This document shows positions 27,846 to 36,288 of a stretch of DNA of 39,762 bases, piece after piece; the first letter of the stretch is position 1, and every line of letters begins with the position of its first letter. Under the pieces are notes generated by a model. It saw only the letters and a list, made by a program, of their open reading frames with translations, ran no database searches and was not told the origin of the DNA. Both the position numbers and the translations under genes were made by a program. The stretch is from the NCBI GenBank assembly GCA_903859075.1, contig CAIOLF010000051.1, positions 1 to 39,762 on the forward strand, in the 5' to 3' direction. This DNA is from Candidatus Buchananbacteria bacterium (lineage in GTDB: Bacteria > Patescibacteriota > Patescibacteriia > 2-01-FULL-39-33).

Positions 27846-28343
27846 TTAGACACCCCATTTCTCTCTCAACTTAATGAATGATTCTACCCGCTTGGTCGGC
27901 CTGCCATCATAAAGCGCCCGTCTAATTTTCTCACGCTTTTCCATTAGACAAGCCAAGCGATTCATCTTGTAAAGCACGCCCCCCATCAAGCTCTTGCTGA
28001 CCCCCTTCACTTGATACACCAGCTTATGGCAATTCCTGCACGCAAACCTATCTCCGCCAGGAATCAAATACAATACCGAACATCTCCTCCCACACTGACA
28101 TTTGAAGTATTCCTTATCTCCCAGCGGTAACTCCACGCTTTCTATTTCAATTATCTGACTTTTAACCTCGTCATAAGATTGGAAGGTGATATTGGCCAGC
28201 TTCAAATCATTGGTGTAACTCAAAGAATAAGCCACCGACATTTCTTGGCCATCACATTCAGCTTTGGCTAGGTGTGATAATCCGTCATTGGCGCTAAATT
28301 CTCTGATATTTAATTTCCAGCACTGTTCTACCTTAGTAAGCAT
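27846..28343 (-). CDS. Hypothetical protein with Cys-rich Zn-finger
   Basis: YFKCQCGRRCSVLY...FACRNCHKLVY. Confidence 0.7.
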   Translation of the reverse strand: MLTKVEQCWKLNIREFSANDGLSHLAKAECDGQEMSVAYSLSYTNDLKLANITFQSYDEVKSQIIEIESVELPLGDKEYFKCQCGRRCSVLYLIPGGDRFACRNCHKLVYQVKGVSKSLMGGVLYKMNRLACLMEKREKIRRALYDGRPTKRVESFIKLREKWGV

Positions 28344-28671
28344 TGTTTTCTATTTAAATTACTATCTTAATCTAATCGTATCATAAGTCATAAATTTTTT
28401 ACTAACCCTTCCTTAATCCCTTGTAGCTTTCTCTTCTCCGCCCACTCCTCAATTTCTTTCCGCCGGCCAGCTAATACTGTTACCCTAACATCCTTAGCCA
28501 TTGGGTCCCATATCGATTCAACAACTCCCCCATGCCCTCCAACCAAGCTAAAGATTATCCAGCCTACCACTAAATATTTGATTCCAGTTATCCTGGGATC
28601 TTTTATTAATAATTATCCTCAATCTTCGCCAGTAACTCTTGGCGTTCTTTTTGGATAAGAAAGGAAATTAT

Positions 28672-28971
28672 ATGGAGTCAATCGGTGAAGTCCTGGCTAC
28701 TAACTGGTCAGGAAGTCAAAAGACAGCGCAACTGGTGAGGCAGCAAATCCTCGAGAGATTTGGCCCAGAAGCCGCAGAGCAGTACAAGCCCGAAAGTAAC
28801 ACAATGACTTATCGGGAGGCTCTCAAAAGGGGCTACAAAGTAATCAAAGGTCAGAGAAGTCTAAAATCAATCACCTTCGTGGAAAAGGAAGAGTCCAATG
28901 GAGCGACAATACGCATCCCTCGGACAGTCCATTTGTTCTTTGTTCCACTTCAATGTGAGAAAGTAAATTGA
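28672..28971 (+). CDS. ArdC-like N-terminal ssDNA-binding domain protein
   Basis: MTYREALKRGYKVIKGQRS...HLF...Q resembles ArdC WxTxxQAxxxGxxVxKGE...VF..Q; AAGGA SD before ATG 28672. Confidence 0.65.
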   Translation: MESIGEVLATNWSGSQKTAQLVRQQILERFGPEAAEQYKPESNTMTYREALKRGYKVIKGQRSLKSITFVEKEESNGATIRIPRTVHLFFVPLQCEKVN

Positions 28972-28978
28972 TAAATCT

Positions 28979-29209
28979 ATGACTAAGGATTATCTCGTCT
29001 CCTACAAGCCCGGCAATAATCAATTAAAAACTCCCATGATCCGCCTATCTAATAAGCGTTTCTTGGAGAGTATTTCCGGCTTAAATATCGGAGACACCAT
29101 CTGCGTTGAGTATTTGCCCAACGCAATAATTATAAAGAAAATTAATCCACAAAATTATGTCCAAATTCAACTTCAAGATCAAGGGCAGGCTGAACCGATA
29201 TCAGCGTAA
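28979..29209 (+). CDS. SymE/AbrB-fold small protein
   Basis: PMIRLSNKRFLESISGLNIGDTICVEYLPNAIIIK resembles SymE PxLxLxGxWLxxxGFxxGxxVxV. Confidence 0.55.
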   Translation: MTKDYLVSYKPGNNQLKTPMIRLSNKRFLESISGLNIGDTICVEYLPNAIIIKKINPQNYVQIQLQDQGQAEPISA

Positions 29210-29432
29210 TAACCTTGAAATCCTGACCGACGAGACAGTAAGAAGATTAAGATCGGGAGACTGGTCAGCTACTCCTGCCCCGATTCTTAAATGTATAAAT
29301 TGCGGGGGCCGGATTTCCACCTATAATCTTCGCTACTTTGACTACAGAGGAGAGGAAGTTCTCTGCTACCATTGCCAAACAGGAGAAGAAATTCATGCAG
29401 TTCCAGCTAGAGAGGGGGCAAGAATCATATGA
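29157..29432 (+). CDS. Hypothetical Zn-finger protein
   Basis: CINCG...LCYHCQ; ATGA coupling to the next gene. Confidence 0.6.
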   Translation: MSKFNFKIKGRLNRYQRNNLEILTDETVRRLRSGDWSATPAPILKCINCGGRISTYNLRYFDYRGEEVLCYHCQTGEEIHAVPAREGARII

Positions 29433-29896
29433 CTAGAGGAATTGGCGTCCTTCTCACGGACAATTGGCTAGTCAGGACTCAAGAATATAATGGCGATATG
29501 TACCTTGATAATTCTAGTAATGGCTATTATTTCGCTGAAGCCCTAAGAAATGTTAATGATTTTAATTCCTTCCATTATGCCGTCAATGGCTTTAATCAGG
29601 ATTTTTTCGGTTACTCTGACTTTTCTTTGTTCCGCTCAGCCCTTCCTTCCCAACTCGCCTTCACTCAGTACAGCTATATCTCTAGGTGGTTCTCAGACTT
29701 CCTGTTCATCCGAAACGCCACTGACAAGCCATACACTATAGTTGATATCAATAATGAAGCTCTGTTTTTGGAGAAGGGTATTACCGCCATTTATTACTTC
29801 GGTTCTTTCTATGGCACGGTCAATGACTCCGAGCCTCCTTTTTGCCTCAATCGAAAGCAAAAAGAAAATTATATTAATAATCTTCAAAAAATATGA
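29429..29896 (+). CDS. Hypothetical protein
   Basis: 155-aa ORF coupled by ATGA overlaps at both ends. Confidence 0.65.
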   Translation: MTRGIGVLLTDNWLVRTQEYNGDMYLDNSSNGYYFAEALRNVNDFNSFHYAVNGFNQDFFGYSDFSLFRSALPSQLAFTQYSYISRWFSDFLFIRNATDKPYTIVDINNEALFLEKGITAIYYFGSFYGTVNDSEPPFCLNRKQKENYINNLQKI

Positions 29897-30237
29897 CGAT
29901 CAATGAAAACACCTATAATCCGATCCAGATTAATTACACCATTCGAAGAAATGCCAATGGAGAAGTAACTGAAAGAAGCACCATGGTTAATGTGAGGACA
30001 GAGAGTTCCGATGAGGCCATCAAACTCTACAATGAACTCAAAGCGCAACTCAACGGTGAATTGTCTGGCACCCCTCATACTACTGAGGACAACTCCGGTA
30101 GCTCCGTCCAATTATTTAATGACAAATCAGATACCTGTCCAAAGTGCGGTAGTGATTTAAAACTCAGGAAAGGTCGAAGCGGAGAGTTCTGGGGTTGCAG
30201 CAATTATCCGAGTTGCCGGTACACCCAACAAGCGTAG
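29893..30237 (+). CDS. Protein with topoisomerase-type C4 Zn finger
   Basis: [30 protein letters not shown]. Confidence 0.85.
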   Translation: MTINENTYNPIQINYTIRRNANGEVTERSTMVNVRTESSDEAIKLYNELKAQLNGELSGTPHTTEDNSGSSVQLFNDKSDTCPKCGSDLKLRKGRSGEFWGCSNYPSCRYTQQA

Positions 30238-30246
30238 AGAATAATC

Positions 30247-30282
30247 AAAGCCCTGGTTCAATAGCACGGATCAGGGCTTTTT
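30247..30282 (+). terminator. Operon terminator
   Basis: AAAGCCCTGGTTC...GGATCAGGGCTTTTT. Confidence 0.75.
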
Positions 30283-30310
30283 AATTTCTTTTATAATTAA
30301 TTTCTAATCT

Positions 30311-30517
30311 ATGTCCAATAATAATCGCCTTATCTATCACTTGAAGAATTATCAAGTCAAAGAAAATGCCAATGTCTGGAGATGTTCAAGTTGCCACCAG
30401 TTATTTCTAAAACACCGTCTATATCTCCAATATCCTCATTTACCCAAACCGCCAAGAGTATTTTGCTCTCATTGCCTGGATTTAGTAAGGGTTAGGAGGA
30501 ATTACGCACCAGCTTAG
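30311..30517 (+). CDS. Small Zn-finger protein
   Basis: CSSC...CSHC. Confidence 0.5.
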   Translation: MSNNNRLIYHLKNYQVKENANVWRCSSCHQLFLKHRLYLQYPHLPKPPRVFCSHCLDLVRVRRNYAPA

Positions 30518-30636
30518 GATTTTAACCATATTTCCGAGCCACAGAGACCTTCAGGAGCGATTTTTATTTCCAAATTAAGTATTTATCCATTCCAAGCAAT
30601 TCCAGAGCTAAAAGAGCTTAATTTGGCACCTGCTTG

Positions 30637-30665
30637 TTGCAAAATCTCTGTTATTTTGGTATAGT
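30637..30665 (+). promoter_or_regulatory. Sigma70-type promoter with extended -10
   Basis: TTGCAA-17 nt-TATAGT, with TG before the -10. Confidence 0.6.
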
Positions 30666-30693
30666 AAAAAGTACAATCTATACACAATCTAAA

Positions 30694-30820
30694 CCATCGG
30701 ATTTATCTGGTGGCATGATTGAAAGACTCATGACAATACTAACCCCCACGGTTAGCAACTTGTCATGAGCCATGTTTGGAAACGGACATGGGCCGAAAGG
30801 CTAGCTGGCGTGGGGTTTTG
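30694..30820 (+). ncRNA. Putative structured RNA leader of unknown family
   Basis: Several stems with G:U pairs, two GAAA tetraloops and a 7-bp loop-to-3' complement (CCCCACG/CGTGGGG). Confidence 0.6.
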
Positions 30821-30854
30821 TGTTTGTATAAAAAATTAATTATTTATTAAAAAT

Positions 30855-31295
30855 ATGTCAGAAACAAACAGTAATCATAACACCAAGCGGTTATTAATAA
30901 TCGTCTTGGCAATCATCTGTGTTATCATTGTTTTTTTTGTTGCCCTTGGAATATTAATTAGTAGTGTAGAAAAACAAAAAGCGGAAGCCGAATCAGTTAA
31001 ACAGCAAAGTCAGTTAATTATCAACGAACAGAAAGAGGATACAAGGCAAAGAAATCTTGATCGGTGCTATCAGGATGCTGACAGTCAATATAATTCTGTT
31101 TGGAGATCTAATTGCGATACCGTCTATCAAAATTGTCTGAGCAATAAAGCGACAAATTATCTTTACGCTAAAGTAAATTGCCAAATCTACAATCCCGAAA
31201 ATCCCAATTGTAATCTTCCTTCTGAAACAGCTAAAACTCTTGAATCGAGCAAGCAAAATGCTAGAAAAGAGTGTTTACAAAGGTATTCCAACTAA
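30855..31295 (+). CDS. Membrane-anchored Cys-rich protein
   Basis: N-terminal TM helix, coiled coil, six Cys in the predicted exterior part. Confidence 0.7.
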   Translation: MSETNSNHNTKRLLIIVLAIICVIIVFFVALGILISSVEKQKAEAESVKQQSQLIINEQKEDTRQRNLDRCYQDADSQYNSVWRSNCDTVYQNCLSNKATNYLYAKVNCQIYNPENPNCNLPSETAKTLESSKQNARKECLQRYSN

Positions 31296-31319
31296 TTAAT
31301 CTAAATAATATATAATTCT

Positions 31320-33410
31320 ATGAAAAAATTAACATCCTGCATATTGTTCTCTCTGCTTATCTTCGTGGCTTTGCCTGTTGTGGTTGCTAGTGCCCAGACT
31401 GTTGGAGGAGGCGGTGGCGGTGGGGTTTCATATACTGCTCCAATCCCTCAAGTCATCACTCTTAACCCCGGCTGGAATGTCATCTCCGTTCCTAACCTCG
31501 TTAACTCTCACAGTTTTTCTTCTCTAGACAAGAACTTTGATATTAAATTGCTCGAGTCCGGCAAGTGGAAGAGCATGAGCCAGCTTAATCAAAGTGAGTT
31601 CCAACCACTCTTTGGCTACTTCGTTAAGAACAAAACTAAGACCAGTCAGACTTTAACCTTGAATTACAAAGGCAATGTCTCAGCAGATGAAGTCAAGTTC
31701 TCCAGGCAGATGAAAGATGGCATTAATGTTATCGGTATTGCCAATCCTCAATACGCCTTAAAGCAATCAGATCCTAACTCTGGTAAAGATAACGCCAGCA
31801 GTATCCTAGGAGACACCAATAAATGCGTCATAGCTCTCTTTGACTTCACCTATACCAACCCCGATGACTCTTCAGTTAAGATTTCCCAAGGGTGGCTACT
31901 CAAGAATATTTTTAGTTTCAAGAAGATTAAGGATCTCAAAGAAACCAAGGCTTATGGCGTCTGGCTCAAGAAAGATTGCCAGTATAAGGGATATCAAGAA
32001 CCTACTGCTCCGGTTATTCAAATAGGCCAATTGACTGTAAGCAAGAATTCAGGATATTCAGACATTAATGCTGTCGCCAATATGACTAATGTTAGAATTG
32101 GTGAATATGTCTTTAGTGCTGCCAATGAAGACCTGATCCTTCGTTCTTTAAATCTTAACTTCCTCTTTGGTTATGACAAAGTAAGAAATGTCCGTTTAGT
32201 TATCGATGGCACTACTCTTGATACTGTTTCCCAATTATCTTCCAGCTCAACCATTTACTCTCTCAATCTTTTTAAATTATCTCAAGGTCAAAGCAAAGCC
32301 ATTTCAATTTATGCCGATATTAATACTGACGCCACCGGAACGATTCAAACTCAAATCGCTAACCAGTCTGATGTCATGGCTATGGGAACGAGTTATGGCG
32401 TAATGGCTAATGTCTCAGGCACTCCGGCAATAGGTCAGACAGTCTCAATCATTAATTCTAAGATAATCGCTTTTCAAAATTCTGTTAATTATAGTTTGAT
32501 TCCTGCAGGCGTAAGCGGTGTTAACTTGGCCACTGTCTTTTTTCAGGCAAGGGACGGGAGTTTTAAAATAGACAACCTGGCTTTTAAATCGGCTACCCAG
32601 GCAACCAGTATAGAAAACATCCGCCTAGTTTCGAATAATACCGTTATTGCCTCCGGCAGGACGAATCAAGATAATCAGATTAAATTCAGTGACATTAATT
32701 TTGTCATCCCCAATGGAACCGTTGCCAACTTGAGATTAGTTGCTGACATCTCCCCAGTCAATTTCATCTCCGGAGAAATATTCCGCTTTGATTTAGATCC
32801 TACGGGTTTTGCAGCTCAAGAAGTGGCAACCGGTAATGCAGTGCCTAGTTATGAATCATCAAATCCTATCATTGGCAATCAGATAGTAGTCAGAAAGAGC
32901 GTACTCCATATCACCACTCTTCAGTCATCAGGGATTTTAGTTAATGGCGACAATAATTTAATTAGATTTAGTGTTGCCTCCGATGTTGTAGGCCCTATCA
33001 GTTGGAAGAAGATCACTCTTAATTCTCAGGTTTCGGATGGTATTAATCTTTCCAACCTTCGTCTGTATGATGGCGCCAACAATTTAATCAACACTGACAT
33101 TACTCTTCAAGCCAATGGCGATATTATCATAGAGTTACCACAAGAGGAGTATGTACCAGCGGGAGTCTCTAATAGCTACATTTTAAAAGCAACGGTGGAT
33201 GGTACAGAAGTTCCTAATGCCTTCATCTCTACACGGATTAAGGGATCTATCGGCACTTTAGGCACAACTTCAGCCTATAACCCCAACATTGATAATTTCA
33301 TCTGGTCCGATCTCTCTTCTGGTGACAGTCACTCTTTGACTTCTTCTGATTGGTGCGATGCCAATTATGTGATGACCTTGCCTTCCAATTCCTATATCCT
33401 AACCAAATAA
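31320..33410 (+). CDS. Secreted surface protein with beta-sandwich (Ig-like) repeats
   Basis: Signal peptide, Gly7 tract, LNPGWNVISVP motif, three similar beta-rich modules ending in IYADI, LVADI and LKATV. Confidence 0.7.
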   Translation: MKKLTSCILFSLLIFVALPVVVASAQTVGGGGGGGVSYTAPIPQVITLNPGWNVISVPNLVNSHSFSSLDKNFDIKLLESGKWKSMSQLNQSEFQPLFGYFVKNKTKTSQTLTLNYKGNVSADEVKFSRQMKDGINVIGIANPQYALKQSDPNSGKDNASSILGDTNKCVIALFDFTYTNPDDSSVKISQGWLLKNIFSFKKIKDLKETKAYGVWLKKDCQYKGYQEPTAPVIQIGQLTVSKNSGYSDINAVANMTNVRIGEYVFSAANEDLILRSLNLNFLFGYDKVRNVRLVIDGTTLDTVSQLSSSSTIYSLNLFKLSQGQSKAISIYADINTDATGTIQTQIANQSDVMAMGTSYGVMANVSGTPAIGQTVSIINSKIIAFQNSVNYSLIPAGVSGVNLATVFFQARDGSFKIDNLAFKSATQATSIENIRLVSNNTVIASGRTNQDNQIKFSDINFVIPNGTVANLRLVADISPVNFISGEIFRFDLDPTGFAAQEVATGNAVPSYESSNPIIGNQIVVRKSVLHITTLQSSGILVNGDNNLIRFSVASDVVGPISWKKITLNSQVSDGINLSNLRLYDGANNLINTDITLQANGDIIIELPQEEYVPAGVSNSYILKATVDGTEVPNAFISTRIKGSIGTLGTTSAYNPNIDNFIWSDLSSGDSHSLTSSDWCDANYVMTLPSNSYILTK

Positions 33411-33427
33411 GCGTTTTAAGATATGCC

Positions 33428-33462
33428 AAAAGCCCCTGGAATCTTGTCTTTCTGGGGCTTTT
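33428..33462 (+). terminator. Terminator
   Basis: AAAAGCCCCTGGA...TCTGGGGCTTTT. Confidence 0.7.
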
Positions 33463-33520
33463 AGGTGTTTGCCATTTTCAATAATTAATGGCAGAATTAT
33501 AACAAATTACCAATAATATT

Positions 33521-34567
33521 ATGGCTACATTATTTGTCTTCCTATTCCTGGCTTCCCTGGTAGTTTTAGTCGTGGGTCTCATCAAGCCGTCTTGGGTCAT
33601 CAAGTGGGGCCAAAAGAGAGGTCGCAAGCAAGTTGGCCTGTACTATAGCATTTCTACAATAGTATTCTTCTTCCTCATAGCCGCCTTTGCCCCTCCAGTA
33701 GAGAAAACAAACATTAAAGCAGATAAGTCAGTGGAGAATGCTTCAATTACCACTTCAACCTCTACCACTACTCCTAATACCTCTACTTCTACCATTGACT
33801 CTGTTGTTTCTTCTTCTGATCCGAATCTAAGCAGTCCCTTGAATGAGGTTACTAATTCTAATCAGACAGCCGCTCAGGCAAGTGTGGTTAGTCCGACAGT
33901 TTCCCCAGCAGCCAATCAGCCTGTCAAAACTTCAGATACTCCTCAGCTTTTCAAAGTCACTAAAGTTGTTGATGGCGATACGATAGAAATTAGTACTGGT
34001 GAAAGAGTCAGGTATATCGGCATGGACACTCCGGAGACAGTTGATCCCAGGAAGTCGGTGCAGTGTTTTGGCAAAGAAGCTAGCAACAAGAATAAGGAAC
34101 TAGTCGAAGGCAAGGAAGTCAGATTGGTTAAAGATATTTCCGACAAAGACAAGTATGGAAGACTGCTAAGATATGTTTATGTCGGGGATACTTTTATAAA
34201 TTTGGAATTAGTTAAACAAGGATATGCTAGCTCATACAGCTATCCGCCGGACATCAAATACCAATCCCAGATACTTCAAGCTCAGAAAGATGCACAAGTC
34301 GCTAAGCTAGGTCTTTGGTCTGCTTGCGATGGCACTCAAGCGGTTGCTACCACTACTGTCGTTGTTCCTCAGGCTACCACTCAAACTCAAGGAAGTAATG
34401 GTTGCGATATTAAAGGTAATATAAGTTCAGGAGGAAAAATTTACCATCTGCCTGGCTGTGGCAGTTATGATAAGACAGTAATTGATGAAAGTGCTGGTGA
34501 AAAATGGTTTTGCACTGAGGCCGAGGCAGTGGCCGCAGGATGGAGGAAAGCATTAAATTGTCCGTAG
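33521..34567 (+). CDS. Membrane-anchored thermonuclease (SNase) with C-terminal Cys-containing domain
   Basis: VVDGDTI, VRYIGMDTPE, DKYGRLLRYV, GLW; two TM helices and a Ser/Thr linker; CDIKGNIS...IYH...WFCTEAEAVAAGWR tail. Confidence 0.92.
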   Translation: MATLFVFLFLASLVVLVVGLIKPSWVIKWGQKRGRKQVGLYYSISTIVFFFLIAAFAPPVEKTNIKADKSVENASITTSTSTTTPNTSTSTIDSVVSSSDPNLSSPLNEVTNSNQTAAQASVVSPTVSPAANQPVKTSDTPQLFKVTKVVDGDTIEISTGERVRYIGMDTPETVDPRKSVQCFGKEASNKNKELVEGKEVRLVKDISDKDKYGRLLRYVYVGDTFINLELVKQGYASSYSYPPDIKYQSQILQAQKDAQVAKLGLWSACDGTQAVATTTVVVPQATTQTQGSNGCDIKGNISSGGKIYHLPGCGSYDKTVIDESAGEKWFCTEAEAVAAGWRKALNCP

Positions 34568-34644
34568 AAAAGTTATATATTTTTTGCTAGCGTAATTTTA
34601 AAATGGTAAAATTAAAATAATAATTAACTTAACAACTCAACAAT

Positions 34645-34854
34645 ATGGCAGCCGACCCACAAGTAATCGCAGCCACTCATGCAGTTGCCAAGACGATAGC
34701 AGTCTATGGAAGCATTGCTGTTTTGCTAGCCGCTATTATTGGCATACCACTAGGATTGCTTGTCAGATCACTTGAGAATAAAGCAGCGAAACTCGGCAGG
34801 GATTTCAGAGGCAGAAAAAACAAACGCAAGAATATAGTTAAAGATAATTTCTAA
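34645..34854 (+). CDS. Small single-pass membrane protein
   Basis: One TM helix and a basic tail; followed by a hairpin. Confidence 0.55.
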   Translation: MAADPQVIAATHAVAKTIAVYGSIAVLLAAIIGIPLGLLVRSLENKAAKLGRDFRGRKNKRKNIVKDNF

Positions 34855-34863
34855 AAATAAAGG

Positions 34864-34892
34864 AGGGCAGAGATATGGTGGTCTCTGCCCTC
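34864..34892. terminator. Hairpin between convergent genes
   Basis: GAGGGCAGAGA/TCTCTGCCCTC. Confidence 0.7.
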
Positions 34893-34913
34893 GGGTTGGT
34901 GTGCCTTTACGTT

Positions 34914-36104
34914 TCACTTGCCAAAAAATCGGGTAACACTGAGTGAGACAAGATTGGCACTATCTTTGTACTCTCCCGGTGCTACAAACCCATGATGATG
35001 GTCAACTTTGCGTTCGCCCCAGCCGTAGTTATAGCCGAGATCCAAACGCCAGTTTTTGCTGGGCGTGTATCCGAAGCCAACTCCAACGCCCGGGCCAGGA
35101 ACTTCTGGGGCAATAGGACTTTGCGTCGCTTTGGGAATCGCCGCTGTATGCCAGCAAAATCCTGCACGCAACATTAGTTTGTCCGTTGCTGCATACTCAG
35201 CCCCAATGTTTGCACTGAAGTTGCTGTGCCAATTCATCGCCTGGCGATAGGTGAATAGTCCGCCTAGTTTGGCCGTCATGTTCTTGTCCGCTTCATAGTT
35301 GTACCAAGTGCCATCCAATAGAAGTGTCAATCGCTGGTTGGCTTTGATCTTGAGTCCCACTCCTAGTCGTCCCGGAAATGTAAACTCTGTTTCCATTTTG
35401 GTTTTAAGAAGCGGTAATCCCAGAAGTGACAACTTGGTTGAACCGTTAAGCGGTGTCTTGTTGGGTAGTACGCCGGAGATGCCGAAAGTCACTGAGTCAT
35501 TAAAGCGATAAAGCAGTCCTGCGCCAACACTTACTCCTATGCCGGTGGCGTTAGCATCCATGCCAATCGCTTCAACCGGTCTTCCGACAAGTTGGACTGG
35601 TGCCACATTGGTAAACTGCGCATAACCGACATTGAGATTCAGTCCTAGCGACAATTTATCAAATCGGTAAGCGATGGCAGGAACTATTTCCGTCATATTG
35701 AGCATGCCTTCTTTCCAGGGAAAGTCTCCTTTGTATTTGCCTCCCAGACCGCCGACCACATGCCAACCGATACCGCCACTTAAGCGATCGGTCAGACGAG
35801 TGGAAAAGCCGCCGAAGGGCATAGCCAGAAGTTCTTTCTCTGAATTTTTGGAGTAGCCCGCATTCTCATATCGGGCTCCCGCAAGTATCCCCTCCATGCC
35901 GCACTGTAAAGCAGTGTTTTCGATGAGGGTCAACCCTGCGGGGTTATAGTAGTACGCCGAGGCATCGATGGGATCGGCAATTTGTGCACCGCACATTGCC
36001 ATAGCCCTGGGTCCGACGCTAGCGCTTACCCTGTTGACACCTCCGGCTGAAGCCAAAGGCGAAATCAACATGGTTATGGCCATCATTATTGCTATTGTTT
36101 TCAC
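34914..36104 (-). CDS. fadL: FadL/OmpP1/TodX-family beta-barrel transporter
   Basis: Signal peptide, RAMAMCGA...DASAYYYNPAGL hatch motif, alternating beta strands, GAEY...LRAG, near-terminal Phe; AAGGAG SD and GTG start. Confidence 0.85.
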   Translation of the reverse strand: MKTIAIMMAITMLISPLASAGGVNRVSASVGPRAMAMCGAQIADPIDASAYYYNPAGLTLIENTALQCGMEGILAGARYENAGYSKNSEKELLAMPFGGFSTRLTDRLSGGIGWHVVGGLGGKYKGDFPWKEGMLNMTEIVPAIAYRFDKLSLGLNLNVGYAQFTNVAPVQLVGRPVEAIGMDANATGIGVSVGAGLLYRFNDSVTFGISGVLPNKTPLNGSTKLSLLGLPLLKTKMETEFTFPGRLGVGLKIKANQRLTLLLDGTWYNYEADKNMTAKLGGLFTYRQAMNWHSNFSANIGAEYAATDKLMLRAGFCWHTAAIPKATQSPIAPEVPGPGVGVGFGYTPSKNWRLDLGYNYGWGERKVDHHHGFVAPGEYKDSANLVSLSVTRFFGK

Positions 36105-36288
36105 TAGAGTTCTCCTTGTGTTTTTTGGCTTAATTTGAAGGTTCGGTCATGAAATATCTGAACATTAAATATTACTATAATTTAGATAAAAAGTCAATGG
36201 TTGACCTTATCGGGCTGGACAAATTTATAATATTGTGCTATTATTATATATTGATGATTTCTGCTATAATGGAGACTGAATAAGAGGA

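Larger units (their letters stand above)
24307..34892. mobile_element. Integrative element/genomic island at tRNA-Asn; right boundary uncertain and may lie beyond the window
   Basis: Serine integrase abutting and overlapping the tRNA, then small hypothetical, ArdC-like, SymE-like and Zn-finger genes; visibly more AT/T-rich coding style. No attR copy found by eye. Confidence 0.7.

Noticed and set aside
28388-28620. 60-aa minus-strand ORF and three TTATCC hexamers resembling DnaA boxes
   Set aside because: Weak start and no motif; the hexamers differ from TTATCCACA in their last positions.
30570-30626. 10-bp inverted repeat CCAAATTAAG/CTTAATTTGG
   Set aside because: AT-rich, single and widely spaced; could be chance, and no function can be supported.
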